A stretch of DNA of 64,000 nt from an uncultured Bacteroidales bacterium (GCA_963768805.1 CAVYJI010000003.1:25765-89764); one strand, 5' to 3'; positions 9,806-21,429 are shown, counted from the first letter of the stretch. A program made the numbers and translations. The notes: a model not told the origin generated them from the sequence alone.

Positions 9806-12052
9806 TTAATCCACCCTGGTAACTTTCTTGATCCCATCAATCCTGTGCAGGTCATTGAGGAGGTGATTCAGGGTAACGGTATCCCTTACATAGAGCATCA
9901 CTTCTCCTTCTGTAAGGCCATTCTTAGCTTCAAGGTGAAAGGATTTTATATTCAGGTTCAGCTCGTTTGAAATGATCTTTGTGATGTCATTGATCATCCC
10001 CATTTTATCCAGCCCCGATAGTTTTATCCCTGCAAGAAATGAGATCGATTCCTGGTTTTTCCAGTCGATCTTCACAACCCGGTTCCCGAAACTGGCCATC
10101 AGCTCAAGTGCCTTGATGCATTTGGTCCTGTGTATCTGGATAGGTTTATCTGGTGAAAGATCCAGTCCAATGATCTCATCCCCCGGGATCGGGTTACAGC
10201 ATTTGGCGATCTCATATCCTGATTGGTGCGCGCTGTTTATGACAGACAACTCAGTTTTCGAACCATCATTCATGATCCCAGGCATGGATTCTTTTCGTTG
10301 TCCGTCCGTGTGAGATCTCCTCTTTGGATGGATCATGAAATTCAGCCACCCTGGCTTCATCGCAGAAGCAGCAAAGAACTTGACTTCTTTTGTTCCTATC
10401 CTGTCCTGCGCAATAGCATAATAGAGATCGATAAGGCTTGTGACGTTGTTAATATTGATGAACTTCCGTATGTTCTCGTGCGTAAATTCAACATCGTTCC
10501 GCTGGAAAAGTTTTTCAAGTTTCTCTTTACCCTGCTTGTAATACTTTTTCTTTTCTTTTTTCAGGCCGAGCTTGATGTTCGACTTCGCACGGGTCGTAAC
10601 TACATAGCCCAGCCACTCATCCTTTGGCATCTGGTTTTTGGAAGTAATGATCTCGATCTGTTCCCCGTTCTTCAGGATATAATTGATAGGAACCAGTTTC
10701 TTGTCGACTTTTGCGCCAATACAGGTATTGCCGAGCTCAGAATGAATGGCATAGGCGAAGTCGAGTACTGAAGAATTAGCAGGAAGCGTCCGGAGTTCAC
10801 CGCTCGGCGTGAATATCGTGATCTCTTCCAGGAAAAAGTAGCCTTTTACATCGTCAATAAAAGAGAGTGCATCTGCATCAGGACTTTCAATCATCTCGCG
10901 GATACGGTCAAGCCAGTTTTCAAGGCGGCTGCTGAATTTCATCGTATCCTTGTATTTCCAGTGTGCTGCATAGCCCTTCTCGGCAATCTCATCCATCCTT
11001 TTTGACCTGATCTGGATTTCTACCCATTGCCCGGTGTGACTCATAACCGTCGTATGCAACGCTTCATAGCCGTTGGCCTTGGGGACCGATATCCAGTCAC
11101 GCAGACGGTCGCCGTTCGGATGATAATAATCGGTTATGATAGAATATACTTTCCAGCAATCTGATTTCTCTGTTTCAGAAGGTGCATCGATGATGATACG
11201 GATTGCAAAAATGTCGTAGATCTCTTCAAAGGTCACCTCTTTTGCTTTCATCTTTTCCCAAATCGAATAGATCGATTTCGCACGGCCTGAGATTGTGTAA
11301 TTGATCCCTTGTGCTGCCAGGTTCTTTTTGATAGGATAGATAAACTTACTGATGAAGCGTGATCGTCCTTTCTCCGATTCTTTCAGTTTGTTAAAGATGG
11401 AAATATACACTTCCGGCTCGATGTATTTCAGGGCCAGGTCCTGTAACTCACTCTTTATAGAATGCAGTCCAAGTCGGTGTGCCAGCGGGGCATATAGGTA
11501 TATGGTTTCAGATGCGATCTTTAATCGCTTTTCCGGTGCCATTGCATCCAGCGTTCTCATGTTATGCAATCGGTCAGCCAGTTTGATGAGGATTACACGC
11601 ACATCATCCGAGAGTGTGATCAGGAGACGCTTGAAATTTTCCGCCTGGACCGAAGTTGTACGCTGGTCAAAGATCCCTTGGATCTTTGTCAGGCTGTCAA
11701 TAATGGATGCCACTTTCTCCCCAAACAGCCCGCTGATATCTTCCAGCGTATATTCTGTATCCTCCACTACATCATGAAGCAATGCACAAACTATCGATGT
11801 CGTGCCAAGCCCGATCTCCCCTGCTGCGATTGTCGCCACACTGATCGGATGATAAATATAAGGCTCGCCACTCTTCCTGCGCATATCCTTGTGTGCATTC
11901 ACAGCCAGATCGAAAGCCCGGCGAACCTGTTTTTTATCTTTAAGGGTTTTGGGTTTGTAAACACGCAAGAGACCACGATATCGCTTCAGGATTTCCTTCT
12001 TTTCTTCTTCGGCATCGATTGTATACATATGTTTGCTGTCTATGTCTACCAA
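9806..12052 (-). CDS. rel: Bifunctional (p)ppGpp synthetase/hydrolase, long RelA/SpoT homologue
   Basis: 748 aa. It has an HD hydrolase motif (HDVVEDT), a synthetase region (YHPNGDRLRDWISVPKANGYEALHTTV) and TGS/ACT-like C-terminal domains. Confidence 0.95.
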   Translation of the reverse strand: MVDIDSKHMYTIDAEEEKKEILKRYRGLLRVYKPKTLKDKKQVRRAFDLAVNAHKDMRRKSGEPYIYHPISVATIAAGEIGLGTTSIVCALLHDVVEDTEYTLEDISGLFGEKVASIIDSLTKIQGIFDQRTTSVQAENFKRLLITLSDDVRVILIKLADRLHNMRTLDAMAPEKRLKIASETIYLYAPLAHRLGLHSIKSELQDLALKYIEPEVYISIFNKLKESEKGRSRFISKFIYPIKKNLAAQGINYTISGRAKSIYSIWEKMKAKEVTFEEIYDIFAIRIIIDAPSETEKSDCWKVYSIITDYYHPNGDRLRDWISVPKANGYEALHTTVMSHTGQWVEIQIRSKRMDEIAEKGYAAHWKYKDTMKFSSRLENWLDRIREMIESPDADALSFIDDVKGYFFLEEITIFTPSGELRTLPANSSVLDFAYAIHSELGNTCIGAKVDKKLVPINYILKNGEQIEIITSKNQMPKDEWLGYVVTTRAKSNIKLGLKKEKKKYYKQGKEKLEKLFQRNDVEFTHENIRKFININNVTSLIDLYYAIAQDRIGTKEVKFFAASAMKPGWLNFMIHPKRRSHTDGQRKESMPGIMNDGSKTELSVINSAHQSGYEIAKCCNPIPGDEIIGLDLSPDKPIQIHRTKCIKALELMASFGNRVVKIDWKNQESISFLAGIKLSGLDKMGMINDITKIISNELNLNIKSFHLEAKNGLTEGEVMLYVRDTVTLNHLLNDLHRIDGIKKVTRVD

Positions 12053-12154
12053 ATTACAAAGTTAGTCGAAAAATCAAATGACCGGAAATTTAGACCACTT
12101 CAATAACCATGATTTTTATTACTTTTGAAAGAATTTTTTTCATAAGGACTGTTC

Positions 12155-14782
12155 ATGAAAAAATCTCTGCTTCGCAAACTCCTTTCCCTCATTCTTCTGA
12201 CTTCTGTCAGCTGCCTACCATTCACCACTTATGCAACCCACGAGCGGGCAGCCGAGATCTTTTTTCGCCACCTTAGCGGGTTGACCTATGAGATTACCCT
12301 GATCTCATACACCTTTACACCCAGCCCGGCCAATCAATATCGTGATTTTCTCACCATCGATTGGGATGATGGCACTACAAGCCAGATCCCCAGGGTGGAA
12401 GAAACCAATCTTCCCAATGAGATCACCTATAACCGCTATGTTGGACAGCATACTTTCACAGGGCCCGGCGATTTCATCATCTCATGTGAAGACCCGAACC
12501 GGAATGGAGGGATCCTGAATATCCCGAATTCGATCAATATTCCCATGTACATCTACTCAGAACTCACCATAAGTCCCTTTCTCGGCGGTTATGATAATTC
12601 TCCGATAATGCTGATACCCCCTGTAGACAACGGCTGTGTGTTCGAACCATTCTACCATAACCCCGGCGCCTATGATCCTGACGGCGATAGCCTTTCTTAC
12701 AAGCTCGTTCCCTGCCTGGGTGATCAGGGTAAGGTTATCCCCGGTTATATATTGCCGCAAACTGCTCCTCCGAATATCATACGTTTGGATTCTGTCACAG
12801 GAGATTTCTTTTGGAATTGCCCCCCTTTAATGGGAGAATATAATATTGCCATCCTCGTTGAAGAATGGCGGGATGGGGTCAAAATCGGCGGTGTTGAGAG
12901 AGATATGCAGATCACCATCCTTGACTGCACCAACAAGCCTCCTGTTATCGATTCTATAAAAGACACCTGCGTCGAGGCCGGAACGACCCTGACTTTCCCG
13001 GTAAGAGCTTATGATCCTGATAGCCTGGCCCTTACCCTTACAGGAACAGGACAACCTTTTATCATGACAGATCATCCTGCCACAATGATCCCAAACCCTG
13101 ATTCTGGATCAGGACATGTCACTGCTGTTTTCAACTGGCCTACAGCCTGCAGCCAGGTCAGAGAACAGCCCTATGAGGTATTCTTCAAAGCTCAGAACAA
13201 TGCTTCACCCGTTCAGATTGTCGACATTATTTCCACGATGATTGAAGTTGTCGGCCCCGCACCAATGAATCTTACAGCTACACCACTTGGCACATCCATA
13301 ACCCTGAACTGGGATAATTATGCCTGTCAGAATGCCAGCGGATATTATATTTACCGGAAAACTGACTCCACAGGCTTCCATCATGGCTATTGCCAGACCG
13401 GTGTCCCTGCTTATCTCGGGTACACATTGATTGGACAGTTAAACGACATTACCTTGACCAGCTACATTGATAACAACCAGGGACTCGGTCTGACACAGGG
13501 AATAAAGTACTGCTACATGATCGTTGCCTGGTATGCCGATAAAGCCCAAAGCTATGCCTCCAATGAAGCCTGTACCCACCTGAAAAAAGATGTTGCCGTG
13601 ATCACTAATGTCAGCGTGACCAAAACTGATGCAACTGAAGGGACTATCTACCTGGCATGGTCAAAACCCACGGAAATAGATACAATCCAGGCTCCCGGCC
13701 CTTACAAATATATTATTTACAGATCCATTCCTTCAAATCCCGGCCAGTATATGGCTATCGATTCCATTACCGACCTGAATGATACAACTTACAATGATTC
13801 ACTGCTGAATACGCTTCAGGATATTTATACATATCGTATTGATCTTTACAATATCAGTCCTGGTGATCGTTTTCTGATAGGCCCGTCACAGGTCGCTTCT
13901 TCCATCTACCTTAAAATTACACCTACAGATAAGAAACTGGAACTTCGCTGGAACAATGATGTTCCATGGACCAATTACCAGTTTGTCATTTATCGCAAAG
14001 ATCTTATTACAGGAATATTCGATTCGATAGGCTCCTCAACAACTCCCGCTTTTGATAACAAAAGACTGCGCAATGGAACCCAGTACTGCTATTATGTCAA
14101 ATGTATCGGGACCTATTCCGCCCCTGGTTTCGCACATCCTCTCATCAATCTCTCCCAGGTCAATTGTGCAATACCCATCGATAATATCCCACCCTGCCCT
14201 CCGCAACTGTCGGTCAGAACAAATTGTGAAAATTCCACTAACCACCTGAGCTGGAAGAACCTGGTCGATTCCTGTTCAAACGATATCGTTAAATATTATG
14301 TTTACTTCACCCGGTGCAACGGTGGACAGTTTTCGTTGATCGACTCACTGTTCAACATCAATGATACGGTCTATGATCATAGCCAGGACAACTCTGTTAC
14401 CGGTTGCTATGCAATAATGGCCGTGGATTCGGCAGGAAATAAGAGTATTTTAAGCAACATGGCCTGTATTAATTACAATGCCTGTGATTACTGGCTGCCG
14501 AATGTCTTTACGCCAAACAGGAGCGATGCTCCGGAGAACCAGGTATTCCAGCCAAGGAAACCATTTTCTTCCGTTGATCATCTGAATATGACCATTTTCG
14601 ACCGCTGGGGCAAAGAGGTCTATACCACGACTGATCCCAATATCAACTGGGATGGCAGGGACAGAAATACACACCAGGTATGCAGTGATGGGGTGTATTA
14701 TTACGTTTGCGAAGTTTATGAAAGGGCACTGTGCGGTGACCAAAAAATTGTCCTTAAGGGTGCGGTAACTATCCTTCATTGA
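12155..14782 (+). CDS. Large secreted protein with T9SS type B (gliding-motility-associated, CHU_C-like) C-terminal sorting domain
   Basis: 875 aa with a signal peptide (LLTSVSCLPFTTYA). The C-terminus LPNVFTPN...MTIFDRWGKEVY...INWDGRD...SDGVYYYVCEV...LKGAVTILH matches the type B sorting-domain pattern. Confidence 0.85.
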   Translation: MKKSLLRKLLSLILLTSVSCLPFTTYATHERAAEIFFRHLSGLTYEITLISYTFTPSPANQYRDFLTIDWDDGTTSQIPRVEETNLPNEITYNRYVGQHTFTGPGDFIISCEDPNRNGGILNIPNSINIPMYIYSELTISPFLGGYDNSPIMLIPPVDNGCVFEPFYHNPGAYDPDGDSLSYKLVPCLGDQGKVIPGYILPQTAPPNIIRLDSVTGDFFWNCPPLMGEYNIAILVEEWRDGVKIGGVERDMQITILDCTNKPPVIDSIKDTCVEAGTTLTFPVRAYDPDSLALTLTGTGQPFIMTDHPATMIPNPDSGSGHVTAVFNWPTACSQVREQPYEVFFKAQNNASPVQIVDIISTMIEVVGPAPMNLTATPLGTSITLNWDNYACQNASGYYIYRKTDSTGFHHGYCQTGVPAYLGYTLIGQLNDITLTSYIDNNQGLGLTQGIKYCYMIVAWYADKAQSYASNEACTHLKKDVAVITNVSVTKTDATEGTIYLAWSKPTEIDTIQAPGPYKYIIYRSIPSNPGQYMAIDSITDLNDTTYNDSLLNTLQDIYTYRIDLYNISPGDRFLIGPSQVASSIYLKITPTDKKLELRWNNDVPWTNYQFVIYRKDLITGIFDSIGSSTTPAFDNKRLRNGTQYCYYVKCIGTYSAPGFAHPLINLSQVNCAIPIDNIPPCPPQLSVRTNCENSTNHLSWKNLVDSCSNDIVKYYVYFTRCNGGQFSLIDSLFNINDTVYDHSQDNSVTGCYAIMAVDSAGNKSILSNMACINYNACDYWLPNVFTPNRSDAPENQVFQPRKPFSSVDHLNMTIFDRWGKEVYTTTDPNINWDGRDRNTHQVCSDGVYYYVCEVYERALCGDQKIVLKGAVTILH

Positions 14783-14867
14783 TCATACTCTGTTCCCCCT
14801 TTCTTTCCGGAGTGCAATATTTTGCCTGTCTCCCGCAATGCGGGCTTTAAGGATAAAGACAAAGTTG

Positions 14868-14875
14868 TATATTTG
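14868..14875 (+). promoter_or_regulatory. '-7' box TATATTTG immediately upstream of lepA
   Basis: Exact TAnnTTTG match ending 5 nt before the GTG start at 14881. Confidence 0.4.
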
Positions 14876-14880
14876 CATTT

Positions 14881-16668
14881 GTGAAAAATATACGTAACTT
14901 CTGTATCATCGCGCACATTGACCATGGTAAGTCAACTCTGGCTGACCGCCTGCTGGAACTTACCCATACTATATCAGAACGGGATTTCCAGGAGCAGGTG
15001 CTGGATGACATGGAACTTGAGCGGGAACGCGGTATAACCATCAAGAGTCATGCTATCCAGATGAACTTTTCAGCCGAAGGCCAGGATTACATTTTTAACC
15101 TCATCGATACACCCGGGCATGTCGATTTTTCCTACGAAGTTTCACGGGCCATCGCTGCATGTGAAGGTGCATTGCTGGTGGTCGATGCCACCCAGGGGAT
15201 CCAGGCGCAGACTATTTCCAACCTCTATCTTGCTATTGATCATAACCTCGTTATCATCCCTGTGCTTAATAAGATAGATATGGACAATGCCATGATAGAA
15301 GAAGTGAAAGACCAGATCGTTGACCTGCTGGCTTGCAACCGGGAGGATATAATAGAAGCCAGTGCAAAGCTGGGGATAGGCATCGACCGGATCATGAATG
15401 ATATCATCTTAAAGATCCCCGCGCCGAAGGGCAACCCTGATGCCCCCTTACAGGCACTGATCTTTGATTCGGTATTCAATTCTTATCGGGGAATCGTAGG
15501 TTATTTCAGGATCATGAATGGAACATTGAAAACAGGCGATCATGTGAAATTCTTTCATTCAGGAACCGATTACCATGCAGATGAGATCGGCGTGCTAAAG
15601 CTGAAGCAGGAACCCAGGAATAGTTTAAGTGCCGGTGATGTGGGTTACATAATCTCAGGGATCAAGAGCAGTAAAGAAGTACAGGTTGGCGACACCCTTA
15701 CCCATTATGACCGCCCCTGCTCATCAGGGATCGAGGGGTACTCCACCGTCAAGCCGATGGTTTTCGCAGGTATTTATCCTGTAGATGCTGATGATTATGA
15801 AGAATTGCGCGACTCGCTCGATAAGCTCCGGCTGAATGATGCTTCGATTTCCTATGAGCCTGAATCTTCTGCTGCCCTTGGATTTGGTTTCCGCTGCGGT
15901 TTTCTCGGGTTGCTGCACATGGAAATAGTCCAGGAACGCCTCGACCGTGAATTCGACATGGATGTGATCACCACGGTTCCCAATGTCTCCTATAAAGTCT
16001 ATACCACAAAAGGTGAAGTCATCGAAGTTCATAATCCTTCCGGTCTGCCTGACTTTACATTGATCGACCATATTGAAGAGCCTTATATTCACGCCAACAT
16101 CATTACCCGGTCAGAATATATGGGTGGCATTATGAAACTCTGCATCGACAAGCGTGGTCTTCTGAAAAATCAGGTCTACCTTACGACCGACAGGATCGAA
16201 TTGACCGTCGAACTTCCACTGGGCGAGATCGTCTTTGATTTTTATGACAAGCTGAAGAGCATCTCCAAAGGGTACGCTTCTTTCGATTATTTTATTTTCG
16301 GCCATAAACCTGCTAACCTTGTTAAGCTTGACATTCTGCTGAACGGTGATACCGTCGACGCCCTTTCTACCTTGTTGCATCGTGACAATGCCTACGAATT
16401 TGGCAGGAAATTCTGTCTTAAGCTGAAAGAATTCATTCCCCGTCAGCAGTTTGATGTAGCGATCCAGGCTGCTATTGGAGCCAAGATCATAGCACGTGAG
16501 ACCGTGAAAGCCGTCAGGAAAGATGTTACAGCCAAATGCTATGGCGGCGACATCACCAGGAAACGGAAGCTCCTTGAAAAACAAAAAAAGGGAAAGAAAA
16601 GGATGCGCCAGATCGGCAACGTAGAAGTTCCTCAGAAAGCATTCCTTGCTGTCCTTAAACTCGATTAG
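14881..16668 (+). CDS. lepA: Elongation factor 4 (LepA)
   Basis: 595 aa. The N-terminus (V/M)[23 protein letters not shown] and the C-terminal LepA-specific region are present. The start codon is GTG. Confidence 0.96.
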   Translation: MKNIRNFCIIAHIDHGKSTLADRLLELTHTISERDFQEQVLDDMELERERGITIKSHAIQMNFSAEGQDYIFNLIDTPGHVDFSYEVSRAIAACEGALLVVDATQGIQAQTISNLYLAIDHNLVIIPVLNKIDMDNAMIEEVKDQIVDLLACNREDIIEASAKLGIGIDRIMNDIILKIPAPKGNPDAPLQALIFDSVFNSYRGIVGYFRIMNGTLKTGDHVKFFHSGTDYHADEIGVLKLKQEPRNSLSAGDVGYIISGIKSSKEVQVGDTLTHYDRPCSSGIEGYSTVKPMVFAGIYPVDADDYEELRDSLDKLRLNDASISYEPESSAALGFGFRCGFLGLLHMEIVQERLDREFDMDVITTVPNVSYKVYTTKGEVIEVHNPSGLPDFTLIDHIEEPYIHANIITRSEYMGGIMKLCIDKRGLLKNQVYLTTDRIELTVELPLGEIVFDFYDKLKSISKGYASFDYFIFGHKPANLVKLDILLNGDTVDALSTLLHRDNAYEFGRKFCLKLKEFIPRQQFDVAIQAAIGAKIIARETVKAVRKDVTAKCYGGDITRKRKLLEKQKKGKKRMRQIGNVEVPQKAFLAVLKLD

Positions 16669-16732
16669 GGAATAACTGATTTTGAATAATTATAAGGTCA
16701 GATCTGACCTGTTGGAATAGCTAAAGGATCTC

Positions 16733-18505
16733 TTATTTGCAGTAATAATCCAATGCCTTTTGTGCCGGTTGATAATTCATCATTAAAGCTTTGCGCAAAT
16801 CATCGCATCCATTCTTCTTCAGGCCGAATCTTGCCAGGCCCCTTAGATAAAAGGATGCTCCAAATCCAGGGTTGAGGGTAATTGCATGGTTGAGGTCATC
16901 AATGGCCCCCTCGTAATCTTCAAGAGATGTTTTCACGATGGCCCGGTTTTGCCAGGCCCCGAAATAATCCCGGTTCAGCATTAGTACCATTGAGTACTCT
17001 TCCAGCGCCTTTTGATATTCGCCGTTGACCCGGTAAATGTTTCCGGCTCCGAAGTAGGCATCGGTGTACGCCGGGTTCAGCACGATGGCATGAGCAAAAT
17101 CATCCAGCGCCAGTGAATCATTTTTAAGCCTGGTTTCAGCTACCCCCTTTTGATACCAGGCATCTGTATAATTTTTATTGATATAAATTGCCTCATCAAG
17201 GTAAGTCAGGGCTTTGGCATAATATCCTGAATCAATTGCCAGGCTGCCTAAGGTATTCAAAAGGATGGGCGAATCCGGATGACTGGTCAGTGCTGTCTCA
17301 ATAATCCTGGAAGGCGAATGCCATAACCTGTTTTGCTCAAATGTCAGGAATGAAGAGATAAGGATGTAGATCACACCGAGGACTGGAAGGATCCATTTCA
17401 TTTTACTCATCCGCTGATATGCATGATACCCTGATCCTGCAATGAAAATGAAGATGCCGGCAGACCCCAGGTATGTGTATCGGTCGGTGATGACGGTTTC
17501 CCGGTAATTATTGATCACAAGGACAAGGAAAATGCAGAGAAGAAAAAAACCTGATCCAAAAGCCAGTGTTCTTTTTGACCGGGAGACCAGGTATGCTGTT
17601 CCTGCAATAAATACAAGCAGGATCAAAGGATAGACATAGTAAATAAATGTGAGCTTCTCCCCTGGATGAAATGGGAAGGGATAGAAAACAGAAAGGTCTG
17701 AGGGTACGAGTATCCTGAAAATATACTGGGTAAACCCGTAGCAGAAAATGATCAACCGTTCAGCCGTTGAATAGGGCGCTTTGTAATCGATGTAACCATA
17801 GCCTTTCTGGGCAATGATATTAACGATCCCCAAAAGCACAGCAATAAGAAAAAATGGGATCTTCTCAACGAGGCTCTTTCGTGAGATCAATTTCCGGTTC
17901 TGCAGATAATCGGTAAGGAATAGCGCTAAAGGGAGTATCGCAGCCTGGATCTTCGATAAGCATGAGAAAAGAAATAAAACAAGTGAAAGGATATAGAATT
18001 GTCTCTTATTTCTATTATCAAGATAGGCTTTGTAAGAAATTAGGGATCCAAGGAAAAAGAAAACATAGAGAAGGTCTTTGCGTGATGTGATCCAGGCCAC
18101 AGCTTCAACATGCAGCGGATGGATGCCGAACAACATAGCTACAAGGAATGCAATACTGAACTTATTGAAAAGCTTTAGGATCAGGATAAAAATAAGACAA
18201 GTATTGGCGAGATGTAACAACAGGTTAGTGAAATGAAAAGGAAATGCGGATCCATTTCCTGTTGCATAGTCAATGGCAAAAGATAAAGTGGTTAAGGGAT
18301 GATATAATCCTGCGTGAAAAGTTGAGAAGTATTTTCCAATATTTTCAAATGTAAGCTGCCTGACAAAGGGAGCTAAAGGAACATCCCTGTCATCCCAGCA
18401 GAAGAATCCATTGTGCAGGGATGGCCAAAAGGAGACTGCTGTAATTACCAGTAAGGAACAAAATAACAAAACTTTGATGAGGTACAATGGATCCCTGCTT
18501 TTCAT
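16733..18505 (-). CDS. Polytopic membrane protein with C-terminal TPR repeats (TMTC/PMT-like glycosyltransferase fold suspected)
   Basis: The N-terminal ~400 aa contain many TM helices. The C-terminal ~190 aa are TPR-like (AWYQKGVA..., AYFGAGNIY..., GAWQNRAIV...). The track ORF starts at a TTG (18553); I prefer the ATG at 18505. Confidence 0.75.
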   Translation of the reverse strand: MKSRDPLYLIKVLLFCSLLVITAVSFWPSLHNGFFCWDDRDVPLAPFVRQLTFENIGKYFSTFHAGLYHPLTTLSFAIDYATGNGSAFPFHFTNLLLHLANTCLIFILILKLFNKFSIAFLVAMLFGIHPLHVEAVAWITSRKDLLYVFFFLGSLISYKAYLDNRNKRQFYILSLVLFLFSCLSKIQAAILPLALFLTDYLQNRKLISRKSLVEKIPFFLIAVLLGIVNIIAQKGYGYIDYKAPYSTAERLIIFCYGFTQYIFRILVPSDLSVFYPFPFHPGEKLTFIYYVYPLILLVFIAGTAYLVSRSKRTLAFGSGFFLLCIFLVLVINNYRETVITDRYTYLGSAGIFIFIAGSGYHAYQRMSKMKWILPVLGVIYILISSFLTFEQNRLWHSPSRIIETALTSHPDSPILLNTLGSLAIDSGYYAKALTYLDEAIYINKNYTDAWYQKGVAETRLKNDSLALDDFAHAIVLNPAYTDAYFGAGNIYRVNGEYQKALEEYSMVLMLNRDYFGAWQNRAIVKTSLEDYEGAIDDLNHAITLNPGFGASFYLRGLARFGLKKNGCDDLRKALMMNYQPAQKALDYYCK

Positions 18506-18555
18506 TCCCCCTGTTCTTATGAATTTTCTGGTTTTATTCAAACATTGAACCAATA

Positions 18556-19335
18556 TTACAGGACCTCAACCAGGACGGGTTGATCGATCTTCAGACCCAG
18601 CAGGCTGGAGGCTTTTCCCTGGTTGATGGCAATTTCAAGGTGGCCTGAAGAGCTGAACAATGCGAGCATCTCGCCATCCGGGACATCCTTATAAGACCTG
18701 CTGAGCTCTGTGATGCGATAAGCAGCTGAACGGAAGAGTATGGCGAAGTTTTTCCCCTTTACTACCGACCTGAAGAAAGGTTCGGTAATATTGGTAACTA
18801 CATTCTCATAGTTATCAATGTAAATGACCTTCCCTTTGATCATATTCCCATCCACAATTGGTTTGAATGACATTCTCTTCACCAGCGTCTTTTTAGAATG
18901 GCCAAGCTCTTCAATTGGCTTTCCTGAAGCGATGTGACAGGCAACTTTGACAAACACGTCCCTGGAAGGGAATGTGAAGTAATCAGTATCCTGGATAATA
19001 TCCAGGTCGATGATTGTTTCCGGGAGTTCATCGAAGATAAGAGAGAAGATCCCGTTATCGGCACCGATAAAATAATGCCCGTCATGAACGACCAGCGTAT
19101 GCGGGGTTTCGATTGAGGCCTCACTGTTGATGCCAAGAATGTGAATGGAACCTTCAGGATAATTCTTGTAAAAATTACGGATGATAAAAGCAGCCTGATT
19201 TAGATCGAATGCAGGAATATCATGGCAGATATCTACCACCTGTGCATTGGGAAGTAGCCGGTATATCGCACCTTTGACAGCACCCAGATAATGATCCTTT
19301 AATCCCCAGTCACTGGTTAGCGTTATAATTGCCAT
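18556..19335 (-). CDS. SAM hydroxide adenosyltransferase family protein (DUF62, chlorinase/fluorinase-like)
   Basis: The preferred start gives MAIITLTSDWGLKDHYLGAVKGAIYRL, the characteristic N-terminus of this family. The track start at 19425 adds 30 unlikely residues. Confidence 0.8.
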   Translation of the reverse strand: MAIITLTSDWGLKDHYLGAVKGAIYRLLPNAQVVDICHDIPAFDLNQAAFIIRNFYKNYPEGSIHILGINSEASIETPHTLVVHDGHYFIGADNGIFSLIFDELPETIIDLDIIQDTDYFTFPSRDVFVKVACHIASGKPIEELGHSKKTLVKRMSFKPIVDGNMIKGKVIYIDNYENVVTNITEPFFRSVVKGKNFAILFRSAAYRITELSRSYKDVPDGEMLALFSSSGHLEIAINQGKASSLLGLKIDQPVLVEVL

Positions 19336-19389
19336 GAACAGAAAAATACCGTACTTTTGTCTTTCAAAATTAGTAATTAAATTCACTTC

Positions 19390-20340
19390 ATGAGTGAAAA
19401 AATAATAGGTATTGGGTCTCATCACCCGCTGGATGTCTTCGGGGTGAATGACCAGAACCTTGACCGCATCCGGAAATCATTCCCAAAACTAAAACTTATC
19501 TCCCGCGACGACACCATTAAAGCAATGGGTGAAGAAACTGAAGTGCAGGTATTTGGGCAAAAGTTCAGCCTCCTGCTGCTTCACCTTGAAAAATTCGGGA
19601 GACTGGCCCTTTCCGATATTGATCAGATCCTTGACTCCACCTGGGAACCGGATGAAGAACGTGACCTGCATCATTCAGGCATCCTGGTTCATGGAAAGAA
19701 CGGGATGCTTATACGCGCAATCACCGTCAACCAGCGTAGTCTGGTAAAAAGTGTCGAAGAAAATGACCTGAGTTTCGCCATCGGACCTGCCGGGACCGGG
19801 AAGACTTATACAGCAGTGGCACTTGCCGTAAGGGCTCTGAAGAATAAAGAGATCAAGAGGATAATCCTCACACGGCCGGCTGTGGAAGCAGGAGAAAACC
19901 TTGGATTTCTCCCAGGAGATCTGAAAGAGAAGCTGGACCCCTATCTCCAGCCTCTTTATGATGCACTTAAGGATATGCTTCCCCCGCCAAAACTGCTTTC
20001 TTTTATCGAAGATGGTACCATCGAGATCGCCCCGCTGGCATTTATGCGTGGCCGTACCCTTAACAATGCATTTGCGATTCTCGATGAAGCACAGAACACA
20101 ACACCCAACCAGCTGAAGATGTTCCTCACCCGTATGGGGACTGCTGCCAAATTCATCGTGACCGGCGACATAACCCAAATCGACCTTCCCAGGCATCAGA
20201 TCTCAGGACTGGTGCATTCCCAAAAGATACTCTCCGGGATCCCAGGTATAGGATTTATCTATCTTGACCAGAACGATATCATCCGTCATAAACTGGTGAT
20301 CAAGATCATCGACGCTTACGGCAAGGACCAGGGCCGGTAA
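19390..20340 (+). CDS. phoH: PhoH-family ATPase
   Basis: 316 aa. Walker A is GPAGTGKTYTAVALAV, followed by ILTRPAVEAGENLGFLPGDL and Walker B AILDEAQN. Confidence 0.93.
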   Translation: MSEKIIGIGSHHPLDVFGVNDQNLDRIRKSFPKLKLISRDDTIKAMGEETEVQVFGQKFSLLLLHLEKFGRLALSDIDQILDSTWEPDEERDLHHSGILVHGKNGMLIRAITVNQRSLVKSVEENDLSFAIGPAGTGKTYTAVALAVRALKNKEIKRIILTRPAVEAGENLGFLPGDLKEKLDPYLQPLYDALKDMLPPPKLLSFIEDGTIEIAPLAFMRGRTLNNAFAILDEAQNTTPNQLKMFLTRMGTAAKFIVTGDITQIDLPRHQISGLVHSQKILSGIPGIGFIYLDQNDIIRHKLVIKIIDAYGKDQGR

Positions 20341-20405
20341 TAAAGAGCAAAAATTTATGAGTTGATATCAAAATTCCGGGGTATTGAAAACACTCTAAAA
20401 ACGGT

Positions 20406-20413
20406 TATCTTTG
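20406..20413 (+). promoter_or_regulatory. '-7' box TATCTTTG upstream of purC
   Basis: Exact TAnnTTTG match, 20 nt before the ATG at 20433. Confidence 0.45.
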
Positions 20414-20432
20414 CCTCAAAAATTCAACATTT

Positions 20433-21383
20433 ATGGCAAACGTTATCGTTAAAACCGACTTTCATTTCCCAGGCCAGAGTCACAAATATGTTGGAAAAGT
20501 CCGGGATGTTTATACCATTGAGGATAAATACCTTATCATGGTCGCGACCGATCGTATATCCGCATTTGACGTCGTATTACCCGAAGGGATCCCCTATAAG
20601 GGGCAGGTGCTGAATCAGATTGCATCCCGTTTTCTTGATGTTACGAATGATATCTGCCCGAATTGGAAGATCGCTGTACCCGATCCCATGGTAACTATCG
20701 GAAGGTACTGTAAGCCATTTCCGCTGGAAATGATCATCCGGGGGTACCTCACAGGGAGTTCATGGAGAACTTATAAAAGCGGGAAAAGAGAGATCTGCGG
20801 AGTCCGGATACCTGACGGGATGAAGGAACATCAGCGGTTTCCTGAACCCATTGTCACGCCTACAACAAAAGCAGTGGAAGGGCATGATGAGGATATTTCC
20901 AGGGAGGAGATTATCGAAACAGGACTGGTTTCAGAGAAAGATTATGAGTTGCTTGAAAAGTACACGATTGCACTCTTTAATCGTGGAACTGAAGTGGCTG
21001 CTCAGAAAGGACTGATCCTGGTGGACACTAAGTACGAATTTGGCAAGGCCGATGGCAAAATATTCCTGATCGATGAGATCCACACACCTGATTCATCACG
21101 ATACTTCTATAAAGAAGGGTATGAGGAACGCCAGGCTAAAGGAGAGCAACAAAAACAACTTTCGAAGGAGTTTGTTCGCGAATGGCTCATGGCCAATGGA
21201 TTCCAGGGGCAAAAAGGACAAAAAGTTCCTGAAATGACCCAGGCATGGGTAAACCAGATCTCTGAGCGGTACATTGAACTTTATGAAAACATCATCGGTG
21301 AAAAGTTTGTCAGGTCAGATGTTTCAAATGTACTGGAAAGGGTAGAATCAAATGTCAAAGCCTGGATTGCTAAAAATTCTTGA
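20433..21383 (+). CDS. purC: Phosphoribosylaminoimidazole-succinocarboxamide (SAICAR) synthase
   Basis: 316 aa. The motifs [16 protein letters not shown] and [11 protein letters not shown] are typical of the long-form PurC. Confidence 0.93.
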   Translation: MANVIVKTDFHFPGQSHKYVGKVRDVYTIEDKYLIMVATDRISAFDVVLPEGIPYKGQVLNQIASRFLDVTNDICPNWKIAVPDPMVTIGRYCKPFPLEMIIRGYLTGSSWRTYKSGKREICGVRIPDGMKEHQRFPEPIVTPTTKAVEGHDEDISREEIIETGLVSEKDYELLEKYTIALFNRGTEVAAQKGLILVDTKYEFGKADGKIFLIDEIHTPDSSRYFYKEGYEERQAKGEQQKQLSKEFVREWLMANGFQGQKGQKVPEMTQAWVNQISERYIELYENIIGEKFVRSDVSNVLERVESNVKAWIAKNS

Positions 21384-21429
21384 TCAACGATAAAGTCTTC
21401 TTTCTTTCTTTTTCATTCTTCATCGGCTA

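Noticed and set aside
16695-16710. Perfect 16-bp palindrome AGGTCAGATCTGACCT between the convergent lepA and TPR membrane protein genes
   Set aside because: It could be a weak bidirectional terminator or an operator, but it has no flanking U/A runs and occurs only once in the window, so I cannot support a call.
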